A stretch of 64,000 bases of DNA from the human T2T-CHM13v2.0 reference genome, Homo sapiens. Both the position numbers and the translations under genes were made by a program. The DNA lies in NCBI RefSeq assembly GCF_009914755.1, contig NC_060948.1; one strand, written 5' to 3'. Below, piece after piece: positions 1 through 12,800 of the stretch. Below the pieces are notes generated by a model that had not been told where the DNA came from, searched no databases, and was given only the letters and a program-made list of their open reading frames with translations. How positions within the stretch are numbered: position 1 is the stretch's first letter; each line of letters opens with the position of its first letter.

Positions 1-2756
1 ATTGAATGGAATCGTATGGAATGGCATCAAACGGAATGGAATGGACAGCCACGGAATGGAATGCACTCGAATGCAATGGAGTCGAAACTTATGGACTGGA
101 ATAGAATGGACTCGACTGGTACGGACTCCAATGGAATGGAATCGAATGGAAGGGATTCGAACGGAATGGACTCGAAGGGAAAAGACTGCAATGGAAAGGT
201 CTCGAAGGGAATGGAAATTAATGGAATGGAATGGAATCGAATGAAATGGAGTCAAAAGGAATGGAATCGAATGGCAAGAAATCGAATGTAATGGAATTGC
301 AAGGAATTGATGTGAACGGAACGGAATGGAATGGAATCCAAAGGAATGGAATAGAATGGAATGGAATCGAATGGAAAGGACTCGAATGGAAATCACTCGA
401 ATAGAATGCAATTTAATAAAATAGGATCAAATGTAATGGAATGGAATGGAAAGGAATCGAAACGAAAGGAATGGAGACAGATGGAATGGAATGGAACAGA
501 GAGCAATGGTATAGAATGGAATGGAATCATCTGGAATGGAATTGAATGGAATGGAATAATATGAAATGGGATGGAATGGAATGGAATGGAATGCCCTTGA
601 ATTAAATGGACTGGAATGGAATGGACTCGAACAGAGTGGAATGGAAAGTGTTGAGATAGAATGGAATGGACTCTTTTGGAATGGTCTAGTATGCAATGCA
701 ATCGACTGGCAGGGAATCAAAAGGAATGTAATCGAATGGATTAGACTGGAATGCAATGGACTCGAATAGATTGGAAACGGAATGCAAAGGAATGGAATGG
801 AATAGTATGGAATGGAATGGAAAGGAATGGAGTGGAATAGACTAGAGTGGAATGGAATGGACTGGAAAGCAATGGACTGGAATGGAACTTTCTTGAATGG
901 ACTGGAATCAAACGGAATGGAATGCAATGCAATCAAATGGCATGGAATAAAATAGAATGAAAGAGAATCAAATGGAATTGAATCGAATGGAATCGAATGG
1001 ATTGGAAAGGAATAGAATGGAATGGAATGGAATGGACTCAAATGGAATGGACTAGAATGGAATGGATTCGAATGGAAGGCAAAGGAATGGAATCTATTGG
1101 AATGGACTGTAATGGAATGGAATGGAAGGGATTGGAATGGACTCGAATGGAATGGACTGCAATAGAAAGGATTCGAATGGAATGGAAAAGAATTGAATGG
1201 AATAGAATAGAATGGAATCAAATCGAATGAAATGGAATGGAATAGAAAGGAATGGAATGAAATGGAATGGAAAGGATTCAAATGGAATGCAATCGAATGG
1301 AATGGAATCGAACGGAATGGAATAAAATGGAAGAAAACTGGCAAGAAATGGAATCGAAATGAATGGAGTGTTATGGAACGGACTCAAAAGGAATTGAATG
1401 TAATAGAATGGAGTGGAGTGGACTCGAATATAATGGACTGGAATGGAATGAAATCACATGGAATGGGAACGAATGGAATGGAATGGAAAGGAATGGAATC
1501 GAATGGAAAGGAATCGAATGGAAGGGAATGAAATTGAATCAACAGGAATGGAAGGGAATAGAATAGACGGTAATGGAATGGACTCGAATAGAATGGACAC
1601 GAATGCTCAAATTGAATGGACTCAAATGGAATGGAAACGAAAGCAATGTCATCGAATGGAATTGAATCGATTGGAATGAAATCGCATAGAATGGAGTGGA
1701 ATCAAATGGAATTGAATCGAAAGGAAAGGAAGCGAATGGACTGAAATGAAATGGAATGGAATTGAATGGAAAGTAATGCAATGGAATAGAATGGAACGAA
1801 ATTTCACGGAATGGAATCAAACTGAATGGAATCAAATCAATGGAATCAAATCAAATGGAATGGAAAGCAATTGAATGGAGTAGATTGGATTGGATGGGAT
1901 TGGAATGAAATGTACTGGAAAGGACTCGAATTTCATGAAACGGAATGGAATGAATTGGAACGGAATGGACTCGAATGGAATGGAATGTCATGGAATGGCA
2001 TCAAATGGAATGGCATCAAATGGAATGGAATCGAATGCAATGGAATGCTATGGAATGGAATGGAATGCATTGGAATGGAATGTCCTCTAATAGAATGGAT
2101 TCGAGTGGAATGGAATCGAATATAATGGAGTCGAATGAAAAGGAATTGAAAGGAATGGGATCGAATACAATGGAATATACTGGAATGTAATGTAATGAAC
2201 TCGAATGTAATTGACTGGAATGGAATGTACATGAATGGAATGTAATCGAATGGAAAGTAATCCAATGGAATAGAATCTAATGCAATAAAATCGACTCAGA
2301 TAGAGTAGAATGTAATGGAATGGAGTGCAGTGCAATGGAATGGAATGGAATGGAATGCAATGGAATGGAATGGAATGGAATGGAATGGAATGGGATGGAA
2401 TGGTATGGAATGGATAGTAATGGACTGGAATGAAATGGACTGGAAAAGAATGGACTCAAATTGAAAGGGCTCGAAAGGAATGGAGTCAAATGGAATGGTC
2501 TGGAATGGAATGAACACGAATGTAATGCAATCCAATAGAATGGAATCGAATGGCATGGAATATAAAGAAATGGAATCGAAGAGAATGGAAACAAATGGAA
2601 TGGAATTGAATGGAATGGAATTGAATGGAATGGGAACGAATGGAGTGAAATTGTATGCAGTAGAAGAGAATAGAATGGAATGCAAGCGAAAGGAAAGGAA
2701 TGGATTGCAATGGAATGGAATTCATTGGAATGGAAGGGAATGTAGTGTAATGGACA
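1..2756 (+). repeat. Partial DYZ1 unit (up to first HaeIII site)
   Basis: Collinear with later units; GGCC at 2757. Confidence 0.9.
884..898. promoter_or_regulatory. Consensus heat-shock element (HSE-A), recurring in most units
   Basis: gGAAc tTTCt tGAAt = nGAAn-nTTCn-nGAAn. Motif match only; binding not shown. Confidence 0.45.
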
Positions 2757-3131
2757 GGCCTGGAATAAAGTGGAATGTTACGGTCTCGAATGGAATAAAA
2801 ATGTATGGAATGGAATGCAATGAAACGGAATCGAATGTCATAGAATGTAATGGAATGCAAAAAAATGGAATCCAAAATCATTGACTGGAAAGGCTGGGTG
2901 TCGAAAGGAATTGACTCCAATGGAATGGAATCGAATGGAATGGAAGTGAATAGAATCGAACTAAATCGAATGGAATGGAATTGATAGGAACGGAATGGAA
3001 AGGAATGCAATGATTTGGCATGGAATGGAATCGAATGGCATCGAATGGAATGGAATGGAATGCAATGGAATGGAATGTATTAGAATGTAATGAACATTAA
3101 TGGAATGTACTCGAATGGATTCGACTGGAAT

Positions 3132-3146
3132 GGAATGTTCTGGAAG
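3132..3146. promoter_or_regulatory. Consensus heat-shock element (HSE-B), recurring in most units
   Basis: gGAAt gTTCt gGAAg. Motif match only. Confidence 0.45.
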
Positions 3147-3411
3147 TGAATGGAGTCCAATGGAATGGATTCGAAAGGAATGGAATCGAACGGAATGGAA
3201 TCTAATGGAATGGAATTAAATGGAAATGAATCAAATTGAATAGCACGGAATTGAATTGAATGGAATCGAATGCAATGGAATCTAATGAAACGGAAAGGAA
3301 AGGAATGGAATGGAATGGAATGGGCTGGAATGGAAAGGAATCGAAACGAATGGAATGGAATCGAACTGAAGAGACTGGAATGGAATGCACTGGAATGGAA
3401 GGGAGTGTAAT

Positions 3412-3426
3412 GGAAGGTTCTCGAAA
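3412..3426. promoter_or_regulatory. Consensus heat-shock element (HSE-C), recurring in each complete unit inspected
   Basis: gGAAg gTTCt cGAAa. Motif match only. Confidence 0.45.
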
Positions 3427-6320
3427 ATAATGGAAGCAAATGGAATGGAATTGAATGGAACGGAATAGAGTCGAATGGAATTGAATGGAATGGAATGGAC
3501 TAGAGTGAAATGGAATCGAACCACAAGGAATGGACAGGAATAGAATGGTCTCGAATTGAATGGAATCGTATGGAATGGCATCAAACGGAATGGAATGGAC
3601 AGCCACGGAATGGAATGCACTCGAATGCAATGGAGTCGAAACTTATGGACTGGAATAGAATGGACTCGACTGGTACGGACTCCAATGGAATGGAATCGAA
3701 TGGAAGGGATTCGAACGGAATGGACTCGAAGGGAAAAGACTGCAATGGAAAGGTCTCGAATGGAATGGAAATTAATGGAATGGAATGGAATCGAATGAAA
3801 TGGAGTCAAAAGGAATGGAATCGAATGGCAAGAAATCGAATGTAATGGAATCGCAAGGAATTGATGTGAACGGAACGGAATGGAATGGAATCCAAAGGAA
3901 TGGAATAGAATGGAATGGAATCGAATGGAAAGGACTCGAATGGAAATCACTCGAATAGAATGCAATTTAATAAAATAGGATCAAATGTAATTGAATGGAA
4001 TGGAAAGGAATCGAAACGAAAGGAATGGAGACAGATGGAATGGAATGGAACAGAGAGCAATGGTATAGAATGGAATGGAATCATCTGGAATGGAATTGAA
4101 TGGAATGGAATAATATGAAATGGAATGGAATGGAATGGAATGGAATGCCCTTGAATTAAATGGACTGGAATGGAATGGACTCGAACAGAGTGGAATGGAA
4201 AGTGTTGAGATAGAATGGAATGGACTCTTTTGGAATGGTCTAGTATGCAATGCAATCGACTGGCAGGGAATCAAAAGGAATGTAATCGAATGGATTAGAC
4301 TGGAATGCAATGGACTCGAATAGATTGGAAACGGAATGCAAAGGAATGGAATGGAATAGTATGGAATGGAATGGAAAGGAATGGAGTGGAATAGACTAGA
4401 GTGGAATGGAATGGACTGGAAAGCAATGGACTGGAATGGAACTTTCTTGAATGGACTGGAATCAAACGGAATGGAATGCAATGCAATCAAATGGCATGGA
4501 ATAAAATAGAATGAAAGAGAATCAAATGGAATTGAATCGAATGGAATCGAATGGATTGGAAAGGAATAGAATGGAATGGAATGGAATGGACTCAAATGGA
4601 ATGGACTAGAATGGAATGGATTCGAATGGAAGGCAAAGGAATGGAATCTATTGGAATGGACTGTAATGGAATGGAATGGAAGGGATTGGAATGGACTCGA
4701 ATGGAATGGACAGCAATAGAAAGGATTCGAATGGAATGAAAAAGAATTGAATGGAATAGAACAGAATGGAATCAAATCGAATGAAATGGAATGGAATAGA
4801 AAGGAATGGAATGAAATGGAATGGAAAGGATTCGAATGGAATGCAATCGAATGGAATGGAATCGAACGGAATGGAATAAAATGGAAGAAAACTGGCAAGA
4901 AATGGAATCGAAATGAATGGAGTGTTATGGAACGGACTCAAAAGGAATTGAATGTAATAGAATGGAGTGGAGTGGACTCGAATATAATGGACTGGAATGG
5001 AATGAAATCACATGGAATGGGAACGAATGGAATGGAATGGAAAGGAATGGAATCGAATGGAAAGGAATCGAATGGAAGGGAATGAAATTGAATCAACAGG
5101 AATGGAAGGGAATAGAATAGACGGTAATGGAATGGACTCGAATAGAATGGACACGAATGCTCAAATTGAATGGACTCGAATGGAATGGAAACGAAAGGAA
5201 TGTCATCGAATGGAATTGAATCGATTGGAATGAAATCACATAGAATGGAGTGGAATCAAATGGAATTGAATCGAAAGGAAAGGAAGCGAATGGACTAAAA
5301 TGAAATGGAATGGAATTGAATGGAAAGTAATGCAATGGAATAGAATGGAACGAAATTTCACGGAATGGAATCAAACTGAATGGAATCAAATCAATGGAAC
5401 CAAATCAAATGGAATGGAAAGCAATTGAATGGAGTAGATTGGATTGGATGGGATTGGAATGAAATGTACTGGAAAGGACTCGAATTTCATGAAACGGAAT
5501 GGAATGAATTGGAACGGAATGGACTCGAATGGAATGGAATGTCATGGAATGGCATCAAATGGAATGGCATCAAATGGAATGGAATCGAATGCAATGGAAT
5601 GCTATGGAATGGAATGGAATGCATTGGAATGGAATGTCCTCTAATGGAATGGATTCGAGTGGAATGGAATCGAATATAATGGAGTCGAATGAAAAGGAAT
5701 TGAAAGGAATGGGATCGAATACAATGGAATATACTGGAATGTAATGTAATGAACTGGAATGTAATTGACTGGAATGGAATGTACATGAATGGAATGTAAT
5801 CGAATGGAAAGTAATCCAATGGAATAGAATCTAATGCAATAAAATCGACTCAGATAGAGTAGAATGTAATGGAATGGAGTGCAGTGCAATGGAATGGAAT
5901 GGAATGGAATGCAATGGAATGGAATGGAATGGAATGGAATGGAATGGAATTGAATGGGATGGAATGGTATGGAATGGATAGTAATGGACTGGAATGAAGT
6001 GGACTGGAAAAGAATGGACTCAAATTGAAAGGGCTCGAAAGGAATGGAGTCAAATGGAATGGTCTGGAATGGAATGAACACGAATGTAATGCAATCCAAT
6101 AGAATGGAATCGAATGGCATGGAATATAAAGAAATGGAATCGAAGAGAATGGAAACAAATGGAATGGAATTGAATGGAATGGAATTGAATGGAATGGGAA
6201 CGAATGGAGTGAAATTGTATGCAGTAGAAGAGAATAGAATGGAATGCAAGCGAAAGGAAAGGAATGGATTGCAATGGAATGGAATTCATTGGAATGGAAG
6301 GGAATGTAGTGTAATGGACA

Positions 6321-9300
6321 GGCCTGGAATAAAGTGGAATGTTACGGTCTCGAATGGAATAAAAATGTATGGAATGGAATGCAATGAAACGGAATCGAAT
6401 GTCATAGAATGTAATGGAATGCAAAAAAATGGAATCCAAAATCATTGACTGGAAAGGCTGGGTGTCGAAAGGAATTGACTCCAATGGAATGGAATCGAAT
6501 GGAATGGAAGTGAATAGAATCGAACTAAATCGAATGGAATGGAATTGATCGGAACGGAATGGAAAGGAATGCAATGATTTGGCATGGAATGGAATCGAAT
6601 GGCATCGAATGGAATGGAATGGAATGCAATGGAATGGAATGTATTAGAATGTAATGAACATTAATGGAATGTACTCGAATGGATTCGACTGGAATGGAAT
6701 GTTCTGGAAGTGAATGGAGTCCAATGGAATGGATTCGAAAGGAATGGAATCGAACGGAATGGAATCTAATGGAATGGAATTAAATGGAAATGAATCAAAT
6801 TGAATAGCACGGAATTGAATTGAATGGAATGGAATGCAATGGAATCTAATGAAACGGAAAGGAAAGGAATGGAATGGAATGGAATGGGCTGGAATGGAAA
6901 GGAATCGAAACGAATGGAATGGAATCGAACTGAAGAGACTGGAATGGAATGCACTGGAATGGAAGGGAGTGTAATGGAAGGTTCTCGAAAATAATGGAAG
7001 CAAATGGAATGGAATTGAATGGAACGGAATAGAGTCGAATGGAATTGAATGGAATGGAATGGACTAGAGTGAAATGGAATCGAACCACAAGGAATGGACA
7101 GGAATAGAATGGTCTCGAATTGAATGGAATCGTATGGAATGGCATCAAACGGAATGGAATGGACAGCCACGGAATGGAATGCACTCGAATGCAATGGAGT
7201 CGAAACTTATGGACTGGAATAGAATGGACTCGACTGGTACGGACTCCAATGGAATGGAATCGAATGGAAGGGATTCGAACGGAATGGACTCGAAGGGAAA
7301 AGACTGCAATGGAAAGGTCTCGAAGGGAATGGAAATTAATGGAATGGAATGGAATCGAATGAAATGGAGTCAAAAGGAATGGAATCGAATGGCAAGAAAT
7401 CGAATGTAATGGAATTGCAAGGAATTGATGTGAACGGAACGGAATGGAATGGAATCCAAAGGAATGGAATAGAATGGAATGGAATCGAATGGAAAGGACT
7501 CGAATGGAAATCACTCGAATAGAATGCAATTTAATAAAATAGGATCAAATGTAATGGAATGGAATGGAAAGGAATCGAAACGAAAGGAATGGAGACAGAT
7601 GGAATGGAATGGAACAGAGAGCAATGGTATAGAATGGAATGGAATCATCTGGAATGGAATTGAATGGAATGGAATAATATGAAATGGGATGGAATGGAAT
7701 GGAATGGAATGCCCTTGAATTAAATGGACTGGAATGGAATGGACTCGAACAGAGTGGAATGGAAAGTGTTGAGATAGAATGGAATGGACTCTTTTGGAAT
7801 GGTCTAGTATGCAATGCAATCGACTGGCAGGGAATCAAAAGGAATGTAATCGAATGGATTAGACTGGAATGCAATGGACTCGAATAGATTGGAAACGGAA
7901 TGCAAAGGAATGGAATGGAATAGTATGGAATGGAATGGAAAGGAATGGAGTGGAATAGACTAGAGTGGAATGGAATGGACTGGAAAGCAATGGACTGGAA
8001 TGGAACTTTCTTGAATGGACTGGAATCAAACGGAATGGAATGCAATGCAATCAAATGGCATGGAATAAAATAGAATGAAAGAGAATCAAATGGAATTGAA
8101 TCGAATGGAATCGAATGGATTGGAAAGGAATAGAATGGAATGGAATGGAATGGACTCAAATGGAATGGACTAGAATGGAATGGATTCGAATGGAAGGCAA
8201 AGGAATGGAATCTATTGGAATGGACTGTAATGGAATGGAATGGAAGGGATTGGAATGGACTCGAATGGAATGGACTGCAATAGAAAGGATTCGAATGGAA
8301 TGGAAAAGAATTGAATGGAATAGAATAGAATGGAATCAAATCGAATGAAATGGAATGGAATAGAAAGGAATGGAATGAAATGGAATGGAAAGGATTCAAA
8401 TGGAATGCAATCGAATGGAATGGAATCGAACGGAATGGAATAAAATGGAAGAAAACTGGCAAGAAATGGAATCGAAATGAATGGAGTGTTATGGAACGGA
8501 CTCAAAAGGAATTGAATGTAATAGAATGGAGTGGAGTGGACTCGAATATAATGGACTGGAATGGAATGAAATCACATGGAATGGGAACGAATGGAATGGA
8601 ATGGAAAGGAATGGAATCGAATGGAAAGGAATCGAATGGAAGGGAATGAAATTGAATCAACAGGAATGGAAGGGAATAGAATAGACGGTAATGGAATGGA
8701 CTCGAATAGAATGGACACGAATGCTCAAATTGAATGGACTCAAATGGAATGGAAACGAAAGCAATGTCATCGAATGGAATTGAATCGATTGGAATGAAAT
8801 CGCATAGAATGGAGTGGAATCAAATGGAATTGAATCGAAAGGAAAGGAAGCGAATGGACTGAAATGAAATGGAATGGAATTGAATGGAAAGTAATGCAAT
8901 GGAATAGAATGGAACGAAATTTCACGGAATGGAATCAAACTGAATGGAATCAAATCAATGGAATCAAATCAAATGGAATGGAAAGCAATTGAATGGAGTA
9001 GATTGGATTGGATGGGATTGGAATGAAATGTACTGGAAAGGACTCGAATTTCATGAAACGGAATGGAATGAATTGGAACGGAATGGACTCGAATGGAATG
9101 GAATGTCATGGAATGGCATCAAATGGAATGGCATCAAATGGAATGGAATCGAATGCAATGGAATGCTATGGAATGGAATGGAATGCATTGGAATGGAATG
9201 TCCTCTAATAGAATGGATTCGAGTGGAATGGAATCGAATATAATGGAGTCGAATGAAAAGGAATTGAAAGGAATGGGATCGAATACAATGGAATATACTG

Positions 9301-9874
9301 GAATGTAATGTAATGAACTCGAATGTAATTGACTGGAATGGAATGTACATGAATGGAATGTAATCGAATGGAAAGTAATCCAATGGAATAGAATCTAATG
9401 CAATAAAATCGACTCAGATAGAGTAGAATGTAATGGAATGGAGTGCAGTGCAATGGAATGGAATGGAATGGAATGCAATGGAATGGAATGGAATGGAATG
9501 GAATGGAATGGGATGGAATGGTATGGAATGGATAGTAATGGACTGGAATGAAATGGACTGGAAAAGAATGGACTCAAATTGAAAGGGCTCGAAAGGAATG
9601 GAGTCAAATGGAATGGTCTGGAATGGAATGAACACGAATGTAATGCAATCCAATAGAATGGAATCGAATGGCATGGAATATAAAGAAATGGAATCGAAGA
9701 GAATGGAAACAAATGGAATGGAATTGAATGGAATGGAATTGAATGGAATGGGAACGAATGGAGTGAAATTGTATGCAGTAGAAGAGAATAGAATGGAATG
9801 CAAGCGAAAGGAAAGGAATGGATTGCAATGGAATGGAATTCATTGGAATGGAAGGGAATGTAGTGTAATGGACA
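6321..9874 (+). repeat. DYZ1 unit, 3554 bp
   Basis: GGCC 6321 to 9875; 10 bp shorter in the pure GGAAT tract. Confidence 0.9.
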
Positions 9875-12800
9875 GGCCTGGAATAAAGTGGAATGTTACG
9901 GTCTCGAATGGAATAAAAATGTATGGAATGGAATGCAATGAAACGGAATCGAATGTCATAGAATGTAATGGAATGCAAAAAAATGGAATCCAAAATCATT
10001 GACTGGAAAGGCTGGGTGTCGAAAGGAATTGACTCCAATGGAATGGAATCGAATGGAATGGAAGTGAATAGAATCGAACTAAATCGAATGGAATGGAATT
10101 GATAGGAACGGAATGGAAAGGAATGCAATGATTTGGCATGGAATGGAATCGAATGGCATCGAATGGAATGGAATGGAATGCAATGGAATGGAATGTATTA
10201 GAATGTAATGAACATTAATGGAATGTACTCGAATGGATTCGACTGGAATGAAATGTTCTGGAAGTGAATGGAGTCCAACGGAATGGATTCGAAAGGAATG
10301 GAATCGAACGGAATGGAATCTAATGGAATGGAATTGAATGGAAATGAATCAAATTGAATAGCACGGAATTGAATTGAATGGAATCGAATGCAATGGAATC
10401 TAATGAAACGGAAAGGAAAGGAATGGAATGGAATGGAATGGGCTGGAATGGAAAGGAATCGAAACGAATGGAATGGAATCGAACTGAAGAGACTGGAATG
10501 GAATGCACTGGAATGGAAGGGAGTGTAATGGAAGGTTCTCGAAAATAATGGAAGCAAATGGAATGGAATTGAATGGAACGGAATAGAGTCGAATGGAATT
10601 GAATGGAATGGAATGGACTAGAGTGAAATGGAATCGAACCACAAGGAATGGACAGGAATAGAATGGTCTCGAATTGAATGGAATCGTATGGAATGGCATC
10701 AAACGGAATGGAATGGACAGCCACGGAATGGAATGCACTCGAATGCAATGGAGTCGAAACTTATGGACTGGAATAGAATGGACTCGACTGGTACGGACTC
10801 CAATGGAATGGAATCGAATGGAAGGGAATCGAACGGAATGGACTCGAAGGGAAAAGACTGCAATGGAAAGGTCTCGAATGGAATGGAAATTAATGGAATG
10901 GAATGGAATCGAATGAAATGGAGTCAAAAGGAATGGAATCGAATGGCAAGAAATCGAATGTAATGGAATCGCAAGGAATTGATGTGAACGGAACGGAATG
11001 GAATGGAATCCAAAGGAATGGAGTAGAATGGAATGGAATCGAATGGAAAGGACTCGAATGGAAATCACTCGAATAGAATGCAATTTAATAAAATAGGATC
11101 AAATGTAATTGAATGGAATGGAAAGGAATCGAAACGAAAGGAATGGAGTCAGATGGAATGGAATGGAACAGAGAGCAATGGTATAGAATGGAATGGAATC
11201 ATCTGGAATGGAATTGAATGGAATGGAATAATATGAAATGGAATGGAATGGAATGGAATGGAATGCCCTTGAATTAAATGGACTGGAATGGAATGGACTC
11301 GAACAGAGTGGAATGGAAAGTGTTGAGATAGAATGGAATGGACTCTTTTGGAATGGTCTAGTATGCAATGCAATCGACTGGCAGGGAATCAAAAGGAATG
11401 TAATCGAATGGATTAGACTGGAATGCAATGGACTCGAATAGATTGGAAACGGAATGCAAAGGAATGGAATGGAATAGTATGGAATGGAATGGAAAGGAAT
11501 GGAGTGGAATAGACTAGAGTGGAATGGAATGGACTGGAAAGCAATGGACTGGAATGGAACTTTCTTGAATGGACTGGAATCAAACGGAATGGAATGCAAT
11601 GCAATCAAATGGCATGGAATAAAATAGAATGAAAGAGAATCAAATGGAATTGAAGCGAATGGAATCGAATGGATTGGAAAGGAATAGAATGGAATGGAAT
11701 GGAATTGACTCAAATGGAATGGACTAGAATGGAATGGATTCGAATGGAAGGCAAAGGAATGGAATCTATTGGAATGGACTGTAATGGAATGGAATGGAAG
11801 GGATTGGAATGGACTCGAATGGAATGGACTGCAATAGAAAGGATTCGAATGGAATGAAAAAGAATTGAATGGAATAGAACAGAATGGAATCAAATCGAAT
11901 GAAATGGAATGGAATAGAAAGGAATGGAATGAAATGGAATGGAAAGGATTCGAATGGAATGCAATCGAATGGAATGGAATCGAACGGAATGGAATAAAAT
12001 GGAAGAAAACTGGCAAGAAATGGAATCGAAATGAATGGAGTGTTATGGAACGGACTCAAAAGGAATTGAATGTAATAGAATGGAGTGGAGTGGACTCGAA
12101 TATAATGGACTGGAATGGAATGAAATCACATGGAATGGGAACGAATGGAATGGAATGGAAAGGAATGGAATCGAATGGAAAGGAATCGAATGGAAGGGAA
12201 TGAAATTGAATCAACAGGAATGGAAGGGAATAGAATAGACGGTAATGGAATGGACTCGAATAGAATGGACACGAATGCTCAAATTGAATGGACTCGAATG
12301 GAATGGAAACGAAAGGAATGTCATCGAATGGAATTGAATCGATTGGAATGAAATCGCATAGAATGGAGTGGAATCAAATGGAATTGAATCGAAAGGAAAG
12401 GAAGCGAATGGACTGAAATGAAATGGAATGGAATTGAATGGAAAGTAATGCAATGGAATAGAATGGAACGAAATTTCACGGAATGGAATCAAACTGAATG
12501 GAATCAAATCAATGGAATCAAATCAAATGGAATGGAAAGGAATTGAATGGAGTAGATGGGATTGGATGGGATTGGAATGAAATGTACTGGAAAGGACTCG
12601 AATTTCATGAAACGGAATGGAATGAATTGGAACGGAATGGACTCGAATGGAATGGAATGTCATGGGATGGCATCAAATGGAATGACATCAAATGGAATGG
12701 AATCGAATGCAATGGAATGCTATGGAATGGAATGGAATGCATTGGAATGGAATGTCCTCTAATGGAATGGATTCGAGTGGAATGGAATTGAATATAATGG

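Larger units (their letters stand above)
2757..6320 (+). repeat. DYZ1 unit, 3564 bp
   Basis: GGCC 2757 to GGCC 6321. Confidence 0.9.

Noticed and set aside
16-291. Plus-strand MEWNG-repeat ORFs throughout the window
   Set aside because: Direct translation of (GGAAT)n with an ATG every pentamer, overlapping in all frames; no evidence of coding constraint.
427-1344. 305-aa minus-strand ORF and its copies, plus the other 100-227 aa FHSIP-rich ORFs
   Set aside because: (ATTCC)n has no stop codon in any frame, so long ORFs are expected. They are low complexity with no recognisable domain, and are freely broken by 1-2 bp indels and the 440-bp deletion in other units.
1829-1855. GAATCAAATCA doublet (and GAATCTAATCA near 19648) resembling a DUX4 site
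   Set aside because: Mismatches the TAAYYYAATCA consensus at key positions and is easily generated from the pentamer.
1927-1941. CGAATTTCATGAAAC as a fourth HSE
   Set aside because: TTC is out of phase by one base relative to the flanking GAA units.
2752-2774. Regularly recurring conserved motif resembling a CRISPR repeat or terminal repeat
   Set aside because: The intervening 3.5 kb is itself repeated rather than unique spacer, and there are no cas or transposase genes; it is just a landmark of the tandem unit.
2887-2908. GGCTGGGTGTCG segment resembling the start of an Alu (GGCCGGGCGCGG/GGCTGGGTG)
   Set aside because: Only ~9 bp of similarity, in pentamer register, with no following Alu body, A-tail or target-site duplication.
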